A stretch of DNA of 63,075 nt, the filler included, from Olpidium bornovanus S191 (lineage: Eukaryota; Fungi; Olpidiomycota), in assembly GCA_017911155.1 (NCBI GenBank). It is 27 parts of 27 records of this genome, joined end to end, with 100 filler letters (N's around TTAATTAATTAA, not from the genome) between each part and the next. Parts side by side here need not be neighbours in the genome. Positions count along the whole stretch, not along the records: positions 35,252 to 37,882 come from JAEFCI010010249.1; positions 37,983 to 40,669 come from JAEFCI010007903.1; positions 40,770 to 42,345 come from JAEFCI010008954.1; positions 42,446 to 45,333 come from JAEFCI010006837.1; positions 45,434 to 48,597 come from JAEFCI010006702.1; 22 more parts are not named here. One strand, given 5' to 3'. Made by a program: the position numbers and the translations under genes. Positions 35,365 to 47,013 of this stretch are shown piece after piece (positions within the stretch are counted from its first letter, which is position 1; every line of letters begins with the position of its first letter). The notes beneath the pieces were generated by a model. That model was not told where the DNA came from, did no database searches, and worked only from the letters and a program-made list of their open reading frames with translations.

Positions 35365-37574
35365 TCAGACGAGCGTGAGCCCGGCGTACAGCACCGCCGA
35401 GTACAAGGCGAGGCCCAGCGCGGCGCGTGGCACGGAGAAGCCGGGCGCCGCCGCGGGGCGGCCGGCCGACGCGGCGCCCGGCGCGGCGGGGCCGGGGGCG
35501 GTGTCGGTCTTGTTCGGCTCGACGGCGAGCGCGAAGTCCGGGCGGAGCTCCGGCGGGTCCTGGGCGACGGGGTCCCACTGGAAGTTGAACTCCGCGGCGA
35601 CGGCGCGCGCGCGCGCGGCCACCCACGTGTACAGCCCGTTGCCGACGCCCGAGTTGTTCTGGCCGCGGTACACGACGGCCCCCGTCAGGCCGGCGTCGAA
35701 GTCGGCGGCCGAGAACAGCCGGTTGCCGTCCGCCTTGAACGAGTGGTCCCACGCGACCTCCGGCCGCAGCACCTCGACAAACGCGTCCATCCGCCGCCCG
35801 AACGCCACCGGGTTGAACATGCGCCGCACCGTCTCGACGAGAATCTTCTCGAACCGCGCCCGGTACGCCGGCGCCTTCAGCAGGTTCTCGATCAGCGGCC
35901 GCGGCCCCACCGGCCGCCCCGCCGCCGCCGTCCGCCCCGGGTACGTCTTGTACGACTTGTCAGGCCCGTCCTCGTACGCGTTGGCCGACCCGAACGTCTG
36001 GTCGAAGTCGTTGTCGGTGAAATACCACTTCTTCGTCTGGTTCTCGTCCCAGTACCTGGTGATACAATGCGAACGGCGGGGCCGACGGGCGCGCGACGAC
36101 GTTTTCAGCAAGGGGCGGAGGAAGAAAGCGGGGTGTGGGGGGACGATGGGGAGAGGGGGGGTGTGGGAAGAAACCCCCCCCCCAAAAAAAAAAAAATAAT
36201 CGAAAACCGACATTATGAAATTCGAGCTCTGGTCCCAGTATCCGTCCCAGTTGACCGTGAGGTACTGTTCCCGGGTTGCGGTTGTTTCCGCGGAGCCGCG
36301 GGAGAAGGCGGGCCGCGTGGATCGCAGGAAGCCACCCCCCCCCCCCCCCCCCGCCCCCCCCCCCCCCCCCCCCCCCGGGCACGAGACGAAAACGGTCAGT
36401 CATTCCTGTGAAACGCCCCCTGTGTGCGCGCGCGCCCCTCGCGGCTTACCTCCAACACCATCTGCCGGAGGAACCGGTCGACGTCGAAGATGTCCTCAAA
36501 ATCTTGGAGCTGTCGCTCGGTGGACGAGGCCCCGACGAGCGAGAGCTTCTTGACCAGCTCGACGAAGCGCGGCCCGCTGGTGTACATCTGCGAGCTGTAG
36601 CAGGCGTTGTAAACCTCGGGGTTGTCGCCGGTGTACTCCATGGTCGCCCCGGTCCCGCAGATGAGCGGTATGCCGGTCTTCTGGAGCAGGGCGCTGTCCC
36701 CGCCCTCGAAGACGTGGAAGACGTGGTTGTTCAGGCAGTCGGCGTTCTGCACGTTGCCGGCCAGGTTTGTGACGAGGTCCGTGAGGATGAACAGCCCCAG
36801 CGGCTTCCCGTTGGAGTAGAAGCGAGCGTGGATCTGCTGGGCGACGGGGGCGCCCAGGGCGTTCATCATGTCCGTGTAGGTCTTCTCCCGGAGCTGGGTC
36901 GGGTCGAACTCGCCGGTGCGGGCCTTGAACCACGCCCGGCCGCCGACCGCCTCCGTGTTCTGCGTGAGCTCGATCAGGGACCCCCACTTCCACGTGTCCG
37001 ACTTGTACGGGTGCCACCTGGTCTCGGGGAACGCGAGGATCCTGTCCTGGAGCACGACGTACAGCGTGCAGGTGACCACGGCGCCGCCCTCGACCTGGGA
37101 CTCGATGCCGCGGGCGCCGGAGAAGTACACCGTCGGGACGTACGAGTCGTTGAACAGCGGCGCGCGCGGCGCCGCCCGCTGCCACTGCGCGCCGGCGAAC
37201 CCCTCGGACTCGAGCGGCCACGGGAACTGCGGGAGCTTCCGGACCGTGACGCTGCGCTGGAAGACGTCGTTGTACGTCTCCGCCCGCCCCGCCGGCACCC
37301 GCCTCTCGAACGCCTCGGAGACCCCGCCCACGCTGTACCTGTACGTCGCCCCCTCGCCGACCTCCGCCGTCGCCGTGTAGTGCGGCACCGCCGGCGTCGG
37401 CGCCGTCATCGCCACCGCCGCGCCCCCGGACACCGTCACCGTCGGCGTGACCGCCGCCGTCGCCGGCGCGATGAGGTGGAACGTCACCGTCGCCGCCCCG
37501 GCGCCGGGGACGACGCCCCCGCCGCCGCACCCTGCGGCGATGCAGCCCGCGATCGCGACGGCATAGCGGAACAT
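35365..37574 (-). CDS. CotH-family kinase-like secreted/GPI-anchored protein, 3 exons
   Basis: Exons 37574-36450, 36264-36212 and 36055-35365 join in frame. Motifs EFDPTQLREKTYTDMMNALG, ARFYSNGKPLGLFIL, FLRQMVLEYLTVNWDGYW, NFIMY and DNDFDQTFG are present, with an N-terminal signal and a hydrophobic C-terminal tail. Confidence 0.92.
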
Positions 37575-38023
37575 GGTGGTTTCTCTCTCTCTCGCCCTCT
37601 CTGTCTTCGCTCGGGGCGGAAAAACAAAAAAAAAAAAAAGGTTGAGGTGCGGCGAAATGGGCGAATTTTTTCCACTCTTTTTTTTTTTTTCTTTTCTTTT
37701 TTGTTGGTCAAAAAAGGCGGCGGGAAGGGCGGGCTGTCTTGCGAGGGCGGGTTTGGCGGGGAGAGAGAGAGACCTTTTTGTTCGTCGAGCGGGGGACAGT
37801 GGAGAGGCAGAAGAAGCGCCGATCCATGTCTTTTTGAATCCTCTTAGGTCGGCGGACAAAGGGGAGGGAAGAGGGGGGGGGGNNNNNNNNNNNNNNNNNN
37901 NNNNNNNNNNNNNNNNNNNNNNNNNNTTAATTAATTAANNNNNNNNNNNNNNNNNNNNNNNNNNNNNNNNNNNNNNNNNNNNATGGCACCGTAAAAAATA
38001 GACGGCGATAAATGCACGCCTAC

Positions 38024-39577
38024 CTGCTTGCAGAACTGCTGGTAGTGGCCCTCCATTTCCTCGTCCGAGACCCAAACTGGTACGGAGTTGTACTTGCGCA
38101 TGAGCTCGGCGTTGATGACAGCGCGCGACTTTTCGTCGGAAAGAAGCATGTCAGCGGAGGTGTTGAGGCAACCAATCCAGTAGAACTCATGTGAGTCCTC
38201 CTCGGCGGAGTGGATGGCGTTCTGAAGACCGACGTTGCCGGCGTACGATGGCTCAATCGTCCAGCTGAGCGGCGTCACGCTCTGGGGGCGGATCGCCGAA
38301 ACAGACTCGCGGCGTTTCTTGGTGCGGGTGTGTCCATGCGGCTCGGCCGCGACGGCGTGTGGAGTGTTCGACGTGAGGGATGAAAGGAACGAAGATCCGC
38401 GCCGCTCGCCGTTCCATTTGCGGGAGACACTGCGGGAGACGTTGCGGTGGAGGCGGTTCGCGGCGGCTTGGAACGCAAACCCACCGTACGGCTTATCGTC
38501 GACGGCCTCTGGGCTTGATTCCGGCGAAGCAAGCGGCGACTCTACCGAGCTCGTGGTCACGATACGCGTCAACTTGGACGCGTCCACTGGGGTTGCGGCA
38601 AGGCTAGCTCGGGGCGGCCCCGCCGCCACCGTCGGCCAACTCGGCTCCTGCTGTTTGCCCGAAGGGGAGGCCGGGAAAATTGGCTTGATCGGCCATTGCA
38701 TAGTCTCCCTGAAGCGACGGACTTCCTGCGGAGACACGGAAGGGCCGGGAAGGCCCCCGGGCCCGACGCCCTGTGCGCTGTGAAGAAACCGTTTACGGAG
38801 GTCGTCGCTGCCAAACTGTATCGTGCCCCCTGGCCCGACGCCAAACTCCACGACAGATTTTTCCTCCTCCATGTCGACTCCAGCAGGTCGCGACGGTTGT
38901 GGCGTCTGGGCACGGGCTGCGGCGGCGACAATGACAGCCGGGTCCAAATTGGGCGAGGACCTCCTGTCTGAGAGCCTCTCGATGAGGGACGGCAGCTCTA
39001 TGTACTTTGGAGGAAGTGCCTTCTTGATCTTGTCGGTCGCCCGGCCGTTCGCAGCGGCGGCGGCGACGGCAGCAGCCGCCGGGGTAGCAAGCGTGACGAC
39101 GACGGAAGACTGTGGCGCTGCGCGTTCCCCCGTGGGGCCGTTTTTAAAGCTCAAAACAGGCGAGTCCGGGGCAGCAGGCGATGCCGACGATGATGAACCG
39201 GCAGAGGACCTGCCAGGCCCGCCGACCTTCTTTGGGGCATAAGTCGAAGTGGCGTACACGCTATTGCAACGGTTGAGCGAGTCGAAGCGAGACTCGTTCG
39301 CGTTCTTGGACTGCGTCCGGTTCTGTCTGCGCTCCGAAACAGGTGACGCGGTTACGACCGCTGGCGGCGCAAACGTGGAGGTGGGAGAAGCGCACACTCC
39401 TGGCGAGGGTGGCGCCACGGAAGCCGGACTGGGGCTTCCCACTGCTCCGTCGCTGGAGAACGCTGAGGTGGCTGTAACAGGGGTTCCCACCGTGTTGAGA
39501 TAGACAGTGGTCGGCAGAAACAGCGTGACCACGTGCACGCGCCGCTTCGCAGCCACCGGGCTCTGTCCGTCGTTCAT
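38024..39577 (-). CDS. Trehalose-6-phosphate synthase/phosphatase complex subunit (GT20; Tps2/Tps3/Tsl1-like), first exon
   Basis: N-terminal VHVVTLFLP, a long disordered insert, then GNVGLQNAI..WIGCL..YNSVPVWVSDEEMEGHYQQFCKQ followed by a GTAGGC donor. Confidence 0.85.
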
Positions 39578-41255
39578 CGCTCCGCGCAGCTACTGCGGCG
39601 CAGGTGGGCGAGCCGCCACAGCGTTATCCCTCGGGCGACCTGGCTCAGGCCTCCCTTCGTGGCTTTCCTGCGCCTGGGCGTAACGACCACCCTTTCCCAC
39701 CCTCCCTCCCTTTTCCGGGCCCACCCGGAAGCAATGTGTACTCTTGCGAGCTCGTTCCCCGCACGAGGACGTCAGGGTCTCCTTCGATCCGGCTCGCGTT
39801 TCCTTCCCGGTTTCGGATATGTATTTTTTTTTCCGGGATTCCGGGGATTCCGGGGCTGCGCCAGCAACCCACTTACCGCTGTCGTCCGGGGTCGGGAAGG
39901 GGGGCGGCGGCGGTGTGCGGGGGCGACCGACCAACCGGCGCGGAGGCAGATCGAAAGAGAAGGTTCCGTCTCGTTCCTGTATTGCGTTTGGCGTCTTCGC
40001 GCGCTTTCTCTTCTCCGCCACGCGGCGGACGCGAAAAACGGGTGAGGAGCCTCTGGCGGGGAAACAATGGAAACGAACGCCCCGCCAGTCCCCCAATTCG
40101 CGGCTCAAGCGGTTTTTCTTTTTCTTCTGGTTTTCACGATGGCATTCCCCCACCAAAAGAACACACGGAGCGAATGACGAGAAGACGATGGTTGGAACCT
40201 GGCCTCTCTCTCTTTCTTGCAGCAGCGTCACAGACGAAGAGCCGACCGACAGCATTTGTGCCCTCAGAAACCGATAACGGCTTGCTGTTTGGGGAAGCGT
40301 GTGGAGAGCCTACTGGTTACTCGTCTCACACTTCTCCAGTAAAATCTGCCCAGCCACTTTTTCATTTTCAAAACGCTGGGGCGTTTCAGATCATCCAGGG
40401 ACTTGGCACCGCCCCTCACAGAACCCAGCCTGCAATTCAGTCACGAGCCTCCGGTCAACCCCTGTCCTCTTCTGAGCGTCCTCCTCTTAAGGAAAAGGAG
40501 CATTCCGAGATCTTTTCTCGTTTGCGAACATCCCGAACCCCTCACGACCATGACGCCGTGATATACTCGCGCCACGGGTCCTCCGTCGTTTTAGGAGAAG
40601 GCAAACCTGCGTGGAAACAGTTCAGGGAGGCGAAGAAGGCGTTCGCCAAGTGTGCCACGGCAAAACACGNNNNNNNNNNNNNNNNNNNNNNNNNNNNNNN
40701 NNNNNNNNNNNNNTTAATTAATTAANNNNNNNNNNNNNNNNNNNNNNNNNNNNNNNNNNNNNNNNNNNNCATGCAGGATGGGAAGGACGAAATAGTCCAA
40801 TTGGGAGGGCAGAAGAAATGTAGGTTGGAAAGAACAAAAAGATCCGATCGCGAAAGTGGTAGGAGAGCCCCCCCCCCTTCCCCCCTCCGCTTTTCGTAAC
40901 AAATCGGTAAGAGGATTTGCATTCTTCCAAAAAGTGTACGTCGGTAGGACCACGAAAACTTGCGCCCGTCCATACTCCATAGTTCCCAATTCCGAAAACT
41001 CTGTCCATCGGAAACTGCCTCAAGGCTCCTTGAGCTCGCGCAGAAATGCAGCGGCGGATTCGGGCGTCCCCTGACTGGGGAGGTCGTATTTTTGGTCGAA
41101 CCGTAAAGACGGCTAACGCGCGCGGGAAGAGGGGCAGGGAAAAGAAAACGGTGAACCGATTCGACCGCAAACCGGATGCAATCCGGAAGGCGCTGGCCTG
41201 GCCTGGCGATTTCTGCCGAAACCGGTCCCGAGAAAAAAAGACAAAAGGGACGCAC

Positions 41256-42176
41256 CTTTAACTTCCACTTTCTGAACACCCAGATGCCGATTATCGCGGC
41301 AACAACGGCGGCACCGCCGACGACGCCAAATACAACATAGGTCGTCGAGCTATGCGAATTCGCGGCGTCAGCGCTGAGAGAGATCGCTGTGTCAGTGACG
41401 GGCGTGGGCGACGGCGTGACGAGAGTCGGGGCCGGTTGATATACGCGGCGAACCACTGTGGTCGCATCCTGGCCCCGGGCGTCTGTGATGACGGACGTCA
41501 AAACCACAGTTTCCGGCGGCGGCGTCGACAGGACCGGAGAGGGCAGAGTTTCGCCAGTCTTCCCGCCGCCGGCGTCATCTCTGCTTCTTCTGGTGCCACC
41601 GTCGCCGCCACCAGGGTTGCTGCCGCCGCTTTCACCTCGGTCGCCGTCAGCTGACGTCGGCGACGGCAGCGGCTGTTCACTCGAGCTAGCGCCGTCGTCC
41701 GCCGAAGCCGTCGTCTCCAAATTTGGTCCCGGGGTCGGTGGGCTGCTGGTGGTGACCGTCCCACCGCTGGGCGAGTTCCTTTCGGTGGTTCCTCCGCCGC
41801 CGCCACCGCCCTCGGAAGGACCCCCCCTGGCGCTTGCGATGTTCGGACGCGGGTCGCTGCTCTGCGTCTGAGGATCGTTCTGGCCGGCACCCGCGCCGTT
41901 TTCCGGCGACACGCGTGCGGGACCGGCGCTCTCGGCCTGCTGCTGGGACTTTTGGGCGGACGCGGGCGGAGCCAGGCAAGGGAGCAGGCCTAGAACGAGA
42001 CTGCATGCGACACGCAGCGCAGTAGAAGTTGCGGCCGCCGGTCGCGTCGCGCCGCCCGCGAGCGCCGCCGGCGCTAGCCTCTTTTTTGCTTTTGGGGGAG
42101 CTGCTTTTGGGGGAGCGGCCGCGCCGTTCCGCGCTGCGCTCGGACTGCGCGACCAGGCAGGGCCCGGTCCGGCCAT
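41256..42176 (-). CDS. Single-pass membrane protein with S/T/P-rich ectodomain (Mid2/Wsc-like architecture), first exon
   Basis: Hydrophobic signal-like segment (VACSLVLGLLPCLAPPASA), S/T/G-rich region, TM (YVVFGVVGGAAVVAAIIGIWVF) and basic RKWKLK before a GTGCGT donor. Confidence 0.7.
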
Positions 42177-42462
42177 CCCCGAGGAACGCGGAGCGAAAGA
42201 AGGAAGACAGCCGCGAAGAAGCAAGGGGGAGCAGAGCGAGCGCGGAACGAGATAGAGATAGCGAGCGCGAACGATAAAAAGAGTGTGTGAGCGGGAGAGA
42301 GTAAGAAAGAGAGAAAAACAGAGAGAGAGAAAGAGCGGCAGGGGGNNNNNNNNNNNNNNNNNNNNNNNNNNNNNNNNNNNNNNNNNNNNTTAATTAATTA
42401 ANNNNNNNNNNNNNNNNNNNNNNNNNNNNNNNNNNNNNNNNNNNNCCTGGGGCCGTCCGTAG

Positions 42463-43000
42463 GTTGAAGGCCCATCTCGCCACGACAAAGAGTGACGACG
42501 GGGTGCTCTGCCGAATAGCGGAGCTATATTTTCAACTCGGCGAGTTCCGCGACGCGATCGAGATGTTCAGCAAGGCTCTGATGTACGATCCAGCGAAGCC
42601 GATTCCGCTGTCGACGGGAGGATCTTCCGCGGGCGGTTACGGGTTTCTATCCAGCTTCGTTTTCGCTGAAGTCTCGTATTTTGCGTCCTCCCCTCTACCT
42701 TACCGTTCTCTTTCCCCCACCCCCCCCCCCCCCTCCCCCCCCCCCCCCCCCCCCAAAAAAAAAAAAAAAAAAAACACACACGCCTTTCGGGAACCTGCGT
42801 TTGCCAGATGGAACCCGCACTCGCAGCGGGCGAATGACGGCATGGCCCGGGTGGAGAAGAAGATGAATGGAATCGAAGATGACGACGAAGGCGACGAGGG
42901 CGAGGAGGATGAGGAAGCCGCGCTTGACCAAGGGGAGGAGGAGCCCGCGGACGAGGAGATGGAGGACGCGGAGGCGGAGGACGCGGCGCTTTTCATGTAG
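42463..43000 (+). CDS. ANAPC7: Anaphase-promoting complex subunit 7, C-terminal TPR and acidic tail (5' partial)
   Basis: Exons 42463-42582 and 42808-43000 give LKAHLATTKSDDGVLCRIAELYFQLGEFRDAIEMFSKALIWNPHSQRANDGMARVEKKMNG plus a D/E tail. This parallels the APC7 C-terminus (..ALSLDP.DQKSLEGMQKMEKE + acidic tail). Confidence 0.7.
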
Positions 43001-43787
43001 GGGTTCCATCGTCCGGTGTCCTGGAGATCTGAATTGTTTCCGCGCGCGAATTCCTATCCAGATCGGTCGGACAATCCGACGATTGGTGTGCGACGGCCAG
43101 AGCCCAGGAGAGCTCGCGTACACACAATGATCCCTATCGGCTGGTGACTATGCCAGAGCGGTAGCTGGGAACTTTTCGTTCTGACGTCACGTGCGGGAAG
43201 TTTACAAGTTCTGCAACCGCGTCCGTCTCTCGTCGGCAACCGGCGGTGAAGGCGAAAGGCGGCTCAACAACTATACCCCTCCTCCTCCCCCCTTACCAGA
43301 AAACCCGAAAAGAAGGAGGAACGGGAAGGGAAGAGGGAATGGGGGAATAGGTGGAAGGGGGGGGGGAAGAAGCAGACGAGGGGGCCGTCCCCGTTTCGAG
43401 CTCCTCAGGATCATAAGTTGTGTTAGGACCCGGATTCCTTGGTTTGTGAGCAAAATTCGATCTGCGGTACGAAGGTAGCGGCGATGTACTTGTCGCGCTG
43501 CACGTGACGGGAATCGCGGGCGAGTGACGGGAATCGCGGCAGAGTGACGTGTGAAATGGGAGGCCTTACATCCGAGCAGGGCCCAGGCCGAGGAAAAGGC
43601 GGTCGTCACTTTTCCCTTTGTTATACGGCGCATCTTCTGTATTTGTCGAAAAACAAAAAAAAAAAACGGAAAGAAAAAATTTCCACAACCGACACCATGC
43701 GCGCTCCCGCTCCGGCGAAAAAGTTGCCCTCACAACGACAGAAACCTGCACGCGGTTCTAACGTTACATTGGCGGTTGCCCAATTGT

Positions 43788-44233
43788 CTAGGCGCTCTTC
43801 CCCAAACCGCCCGGCGCGCGCGCTCCTCCTCGCCTTTTTGCTCTCGTCACAATTCGGTTTTTGCCCGCGCCTTTGGTCTTTGCTGAGAACTTTGCTGCTC
43901 CTCCGTCCGTTCCCCTGTACATCCCGCGGAAGGTCTCGATGGCTTCGACGGACTCGGAGATCTCCGTCAGCTGGAAAGTGAGCGGAGGCGGTCGTTCGTC
44001 TTGCAGCGCTGCGGTTAAATCACTCCCCAACAGGCGGCCGCGCGGACTCGTGCTTGCCCGCCGTGCGGCGCGTCCGCTTCGGAGTCTTCGCCGTCGGAGA
44101 ACAGGATCTTCAGTGCGGTGCCCAGACCCGTCGTCTGCACCTTGCCCCAAAGTCGGCGCTTCTCGCACATGACGCATTCCATTATGCGCGTGATGTTGCG
44201 GAAAAAAAATTCTTGAATCGATTGCTTCAATGC
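43788..44233 (-). pseudogene. ERO1: Degenerate C-terminal fragment of ER oxidoreductin Ero1
   Basis: [35 protein letters not shown] and FQLTEISESVEAI are Ero1 hallmarks. However, the third Cys is CGC (Arg), a frame change follows, a conserved segment is missing, and there is no room upstream for the N-terminal part. Confidence 0.75.
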
Positions 44234-44853
44234 CTGCAAAATGTGGCAGATTTTCCGCGCGCGGAAAGTGACGCCGGTCGGTCAGAAGCAGAGGGGGGGA
44301 AAGCGACCCAGAATAATCTGCGCCGCTCTCTGTCTCCCTGCGGAAAGAGGCGGGAAGGGAGGCCGGAAATGTCAAAGGCAATACACACAGTCTCTGCGCA
44401 CTCACAACCGCAGCGGCGCAATCTTCAACGTGCAAAAAAAAAAAAAAAAAAAAAAAATGGCGTGTCGCGGTTGAAAAAACGGAAGGAATCATTTTGATAT
44501 GTACATGTTATGTACATATGTCCTTTCGCTTTTTATTATTTTTTGCAATACGCTTCTATTTAACTTCGATGTGGCGAGATCAGGTCAATTTTTGGATCAG
44601 AGGAGCAATCCCCCGCGGCGAACCAGGCAAGACAGCGTCGTGCTGTTGGTTGAACAGTATATGATGGACGAGCGTGCGAGCAAATGGGTTATCAGAATGC
44701 AGTCCCTTGCCGAGGGTTTTCAAGCACGGGCGGTTCATGCGACGACCAATCATTGCCAAATTCTGCGGCCGTTCGATGATCTGATCGGGCATTCGTTGAC
44801 AAATGCATTTGTTTTTGCGGCAGCGGAACATGAGATGCTACATACGCAGCATC

Positions 44854-45333
44854 TCACTCAAAATCTCCCGCATTGAAACGGCTTTCCGCAAAGTAGGATA
44901 CTTGGAACATATCTTTGAACGCGTCGTAGGCTGCCACTGCCTCGTCCACCGTGGCATACTGGATGAAAGCCTACGATGACGCGAAATGAGCGCCCAACGC
45001 CCAGCGAGAACGGAACGGGGTGTCAAGAGACCGCCCGGGAGCACCTACGTTCATGACGTCGGGATTGGAAGGGGGCGCCAGCAAACGCAGGTCGACGACC
45101 TCGCCGAATCGGGCGCACGCGTTCCTGAGATCGTTACAGACGGCCCTAAACCTGTCGCCCGCGAGCTCCTGCTGTGAGGCGACGTTGGCGACCCGCAGTA
45201 CGGTCGTTGGGCCATGTCCGGCAGTGTCGGAGGCCGCGGTAGCCGCAGGGGCGGCGGGTCGGAACAGTCGGCTGATCGTGTTACGCAGCGACGTTATCCA
45301 TTCCTGGAATACCCCGGAAATACCGAACGCGCG
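44854..45333 (-). CDS. C-terminal UHM-type RRM domain protein (5' partial)
   Basis: Exons 45333-45049 and 44970-44854 give PTTVLRVANVASQQELAGDRFRAVCNDLRNACARFGEVVDL..|AFIQYATVDEAVAAYDAF..VSYFAESRFNAGDFE*, matching the U2AF-homology-motif pattern. Confidence 0.65.
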
Positions 45334-45433
45334 NNNNNNNNNNNNNNNNNNNNNNNNNNNNNNNNNNNNNNNNNNNNTTAATTAATTAANNNNNNNNNNN
45401 NNNNNNNNNNNNNNNNNNNNNNNNNNNNNNNNN

Positions 45434-45968
45434 CTCTTGACCAGACACACTACGCCCAACAACCTCTGCAAAAGTACGGCCTCCACACAGCTACGCCGAC
45501 CGATACTCCCATGGATGCCATTTCGCTGTCACCCACCTACCCGACGACCTGCCGTATGACCGGACCAAGTACCAAGAACTGATTGGCTCTATCATCTACT
45601 TGTCAGTCTGGACACGTCCGGACATCAGCACGGCGATAGGTGTTTTGTCACAATTCAATGTGGATCCGTCCGCGTTTCATTGGGCCGCAGCAAAGCAAGT
45701 TTTTCTGTACCTCGCTGGCACACGGGATTACGGGTTACTGTTGCCGGCCACGATCGAGATGACCAATGCCGACTACATGTCACCGGGTCTCTGCTCCTTC
45801 GTCGATTCGGATTGGGGCGGATGTATCAGCACCAGGAAAAGCAGAACAGGCTATGTTGTCTTTTTCGGCCGGGCGCCTCTACTTTGGAGATCTACTAAAC
45901 AGACATGTGTCTCGATGTCGTCAACTGAAGCTGAGTACATTGCCGCATCGACTGCTGCACGCGATGTC
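45434..45968 (+). mobile_element. Ty1/copia retrotransposon relic: RT C-terminus and RNase H N-terminus, frameshifted and truncated
   Basis: LDQTHY.., YQELIGSIIYLSVWTRPDISTAIGVLSQF, HWAAAKQVFLYLAGT, FVDSDWGG..RKSRTGYVVF..W.STKQTCVSMSSTEAEYIAAS. There is a frameshift near 45535, and similarity stops at ARDV. Confidence 0.93.
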
Positions 45969-45996
45969 GGAGAGAATCGGTTCCCCCCCTTTTTCT

Positions 45997-46370
45997 TGTC
46001 ACGTGCGCGCTTTGGGCATCGAAAGGGCCGTCAAGCGCACGTAGGATAGTTCCCACCGTCGCCATAATTATAAACAACAAAGGAAGGATTGGACCTTGGG
46101 TTCCTTCCCGGACGTCTTGCGACCGCGGCAGACCACAACGGGCTGTCAGCGCGCTCCATGGGATGGGCGAGATAGTGACGATTGGACTTCCAGGAACTGG
46201 CCACAGTGCGTGTCGGAGGGGTAGTCAAAGGTGCCGTCGAAGACCACTGTGACACTGTAGTGTTCCCTCGACGTCGACTGGTACGTGACCTGTACCTTTA
46301 TAGCCAGTCGGCCCCCCGGGCACACCTGAATAGACTCCGACTTACTTCCTCCCTTCAACATCTCACTACA
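45997..46370 (+). mobile_element. Candidate 5' LTR (TG...CA) of a second retroelement
   Basis: Begins TGTCACG, ends CTACA, is followed by a TGG-initiated PBS-like sequence and then the gag-like ORF. No second LTR copy is present to confirm it. Confidence 0.35.
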
Positions 46371-47013
46371 ATATGGGGAATCCGAGGAAGAACCATCCCT
46401 TTCGACCAGCCCCTTCGCTCTCCACTCCCCGCCGCGCACGTGCTTCGCCTTCCGCCGCGCCCGCACTTCGCCCTCCGCCGCACCCGCGCTTCGCCCCCCG
46501 CCGCGCCGCCTTCCGCAGCGCCATCCGCGGTCCTTTCGACCAACGAAAACCGCGTCGTCGTTCCTCGCGTTCGACGCCGCGCCTTTGCTTTTTGCGTCGC
46601 TGCGTTTGGCTGTTTTCGCAGAACTTTTTTTCTCCTGCGCCGCTCCGCCATCATTTCGCCGCAGCAGTCGCTTTTCGCGCTTGCGTTTGTTTGTTTTTGT
46701 TTTTCGCCGCCGAAATGACGACCGTTTTGCGTCGTTTTCGAAACGCCGCTTTTCCGTCGCTTTCGCCTGCTCGGCCCGCGCCGCGCCTGCGCTCCGCCCC
46801 CACCGCGCCCGCGCTCCGCCTCCGCCGCGTCGCCCCCGCCGCATTGCCCCCGCCACGCCGCTTCGCCGCGCCGTCACCACGCCATCACCGCGCCACGGTG
46901 CCGCCGCCGCGTTTGTTTTTGAGCTTATTTTTGCTCACTGAGCTTATTTTTGCTCACCGCGCTTTCGTCTTTGTTTGCTCCATTGTTTTTGCCGTCGACG
47001 CCAGCGGCTGACG

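Noticed and set aside
27641-37574. Apparent cluster of surface/secreted genes (C2 protein, mucin, CotH)
   Set aside because: They lie on three different contigs separated by artificial linkers, so no linkage can be inferred.
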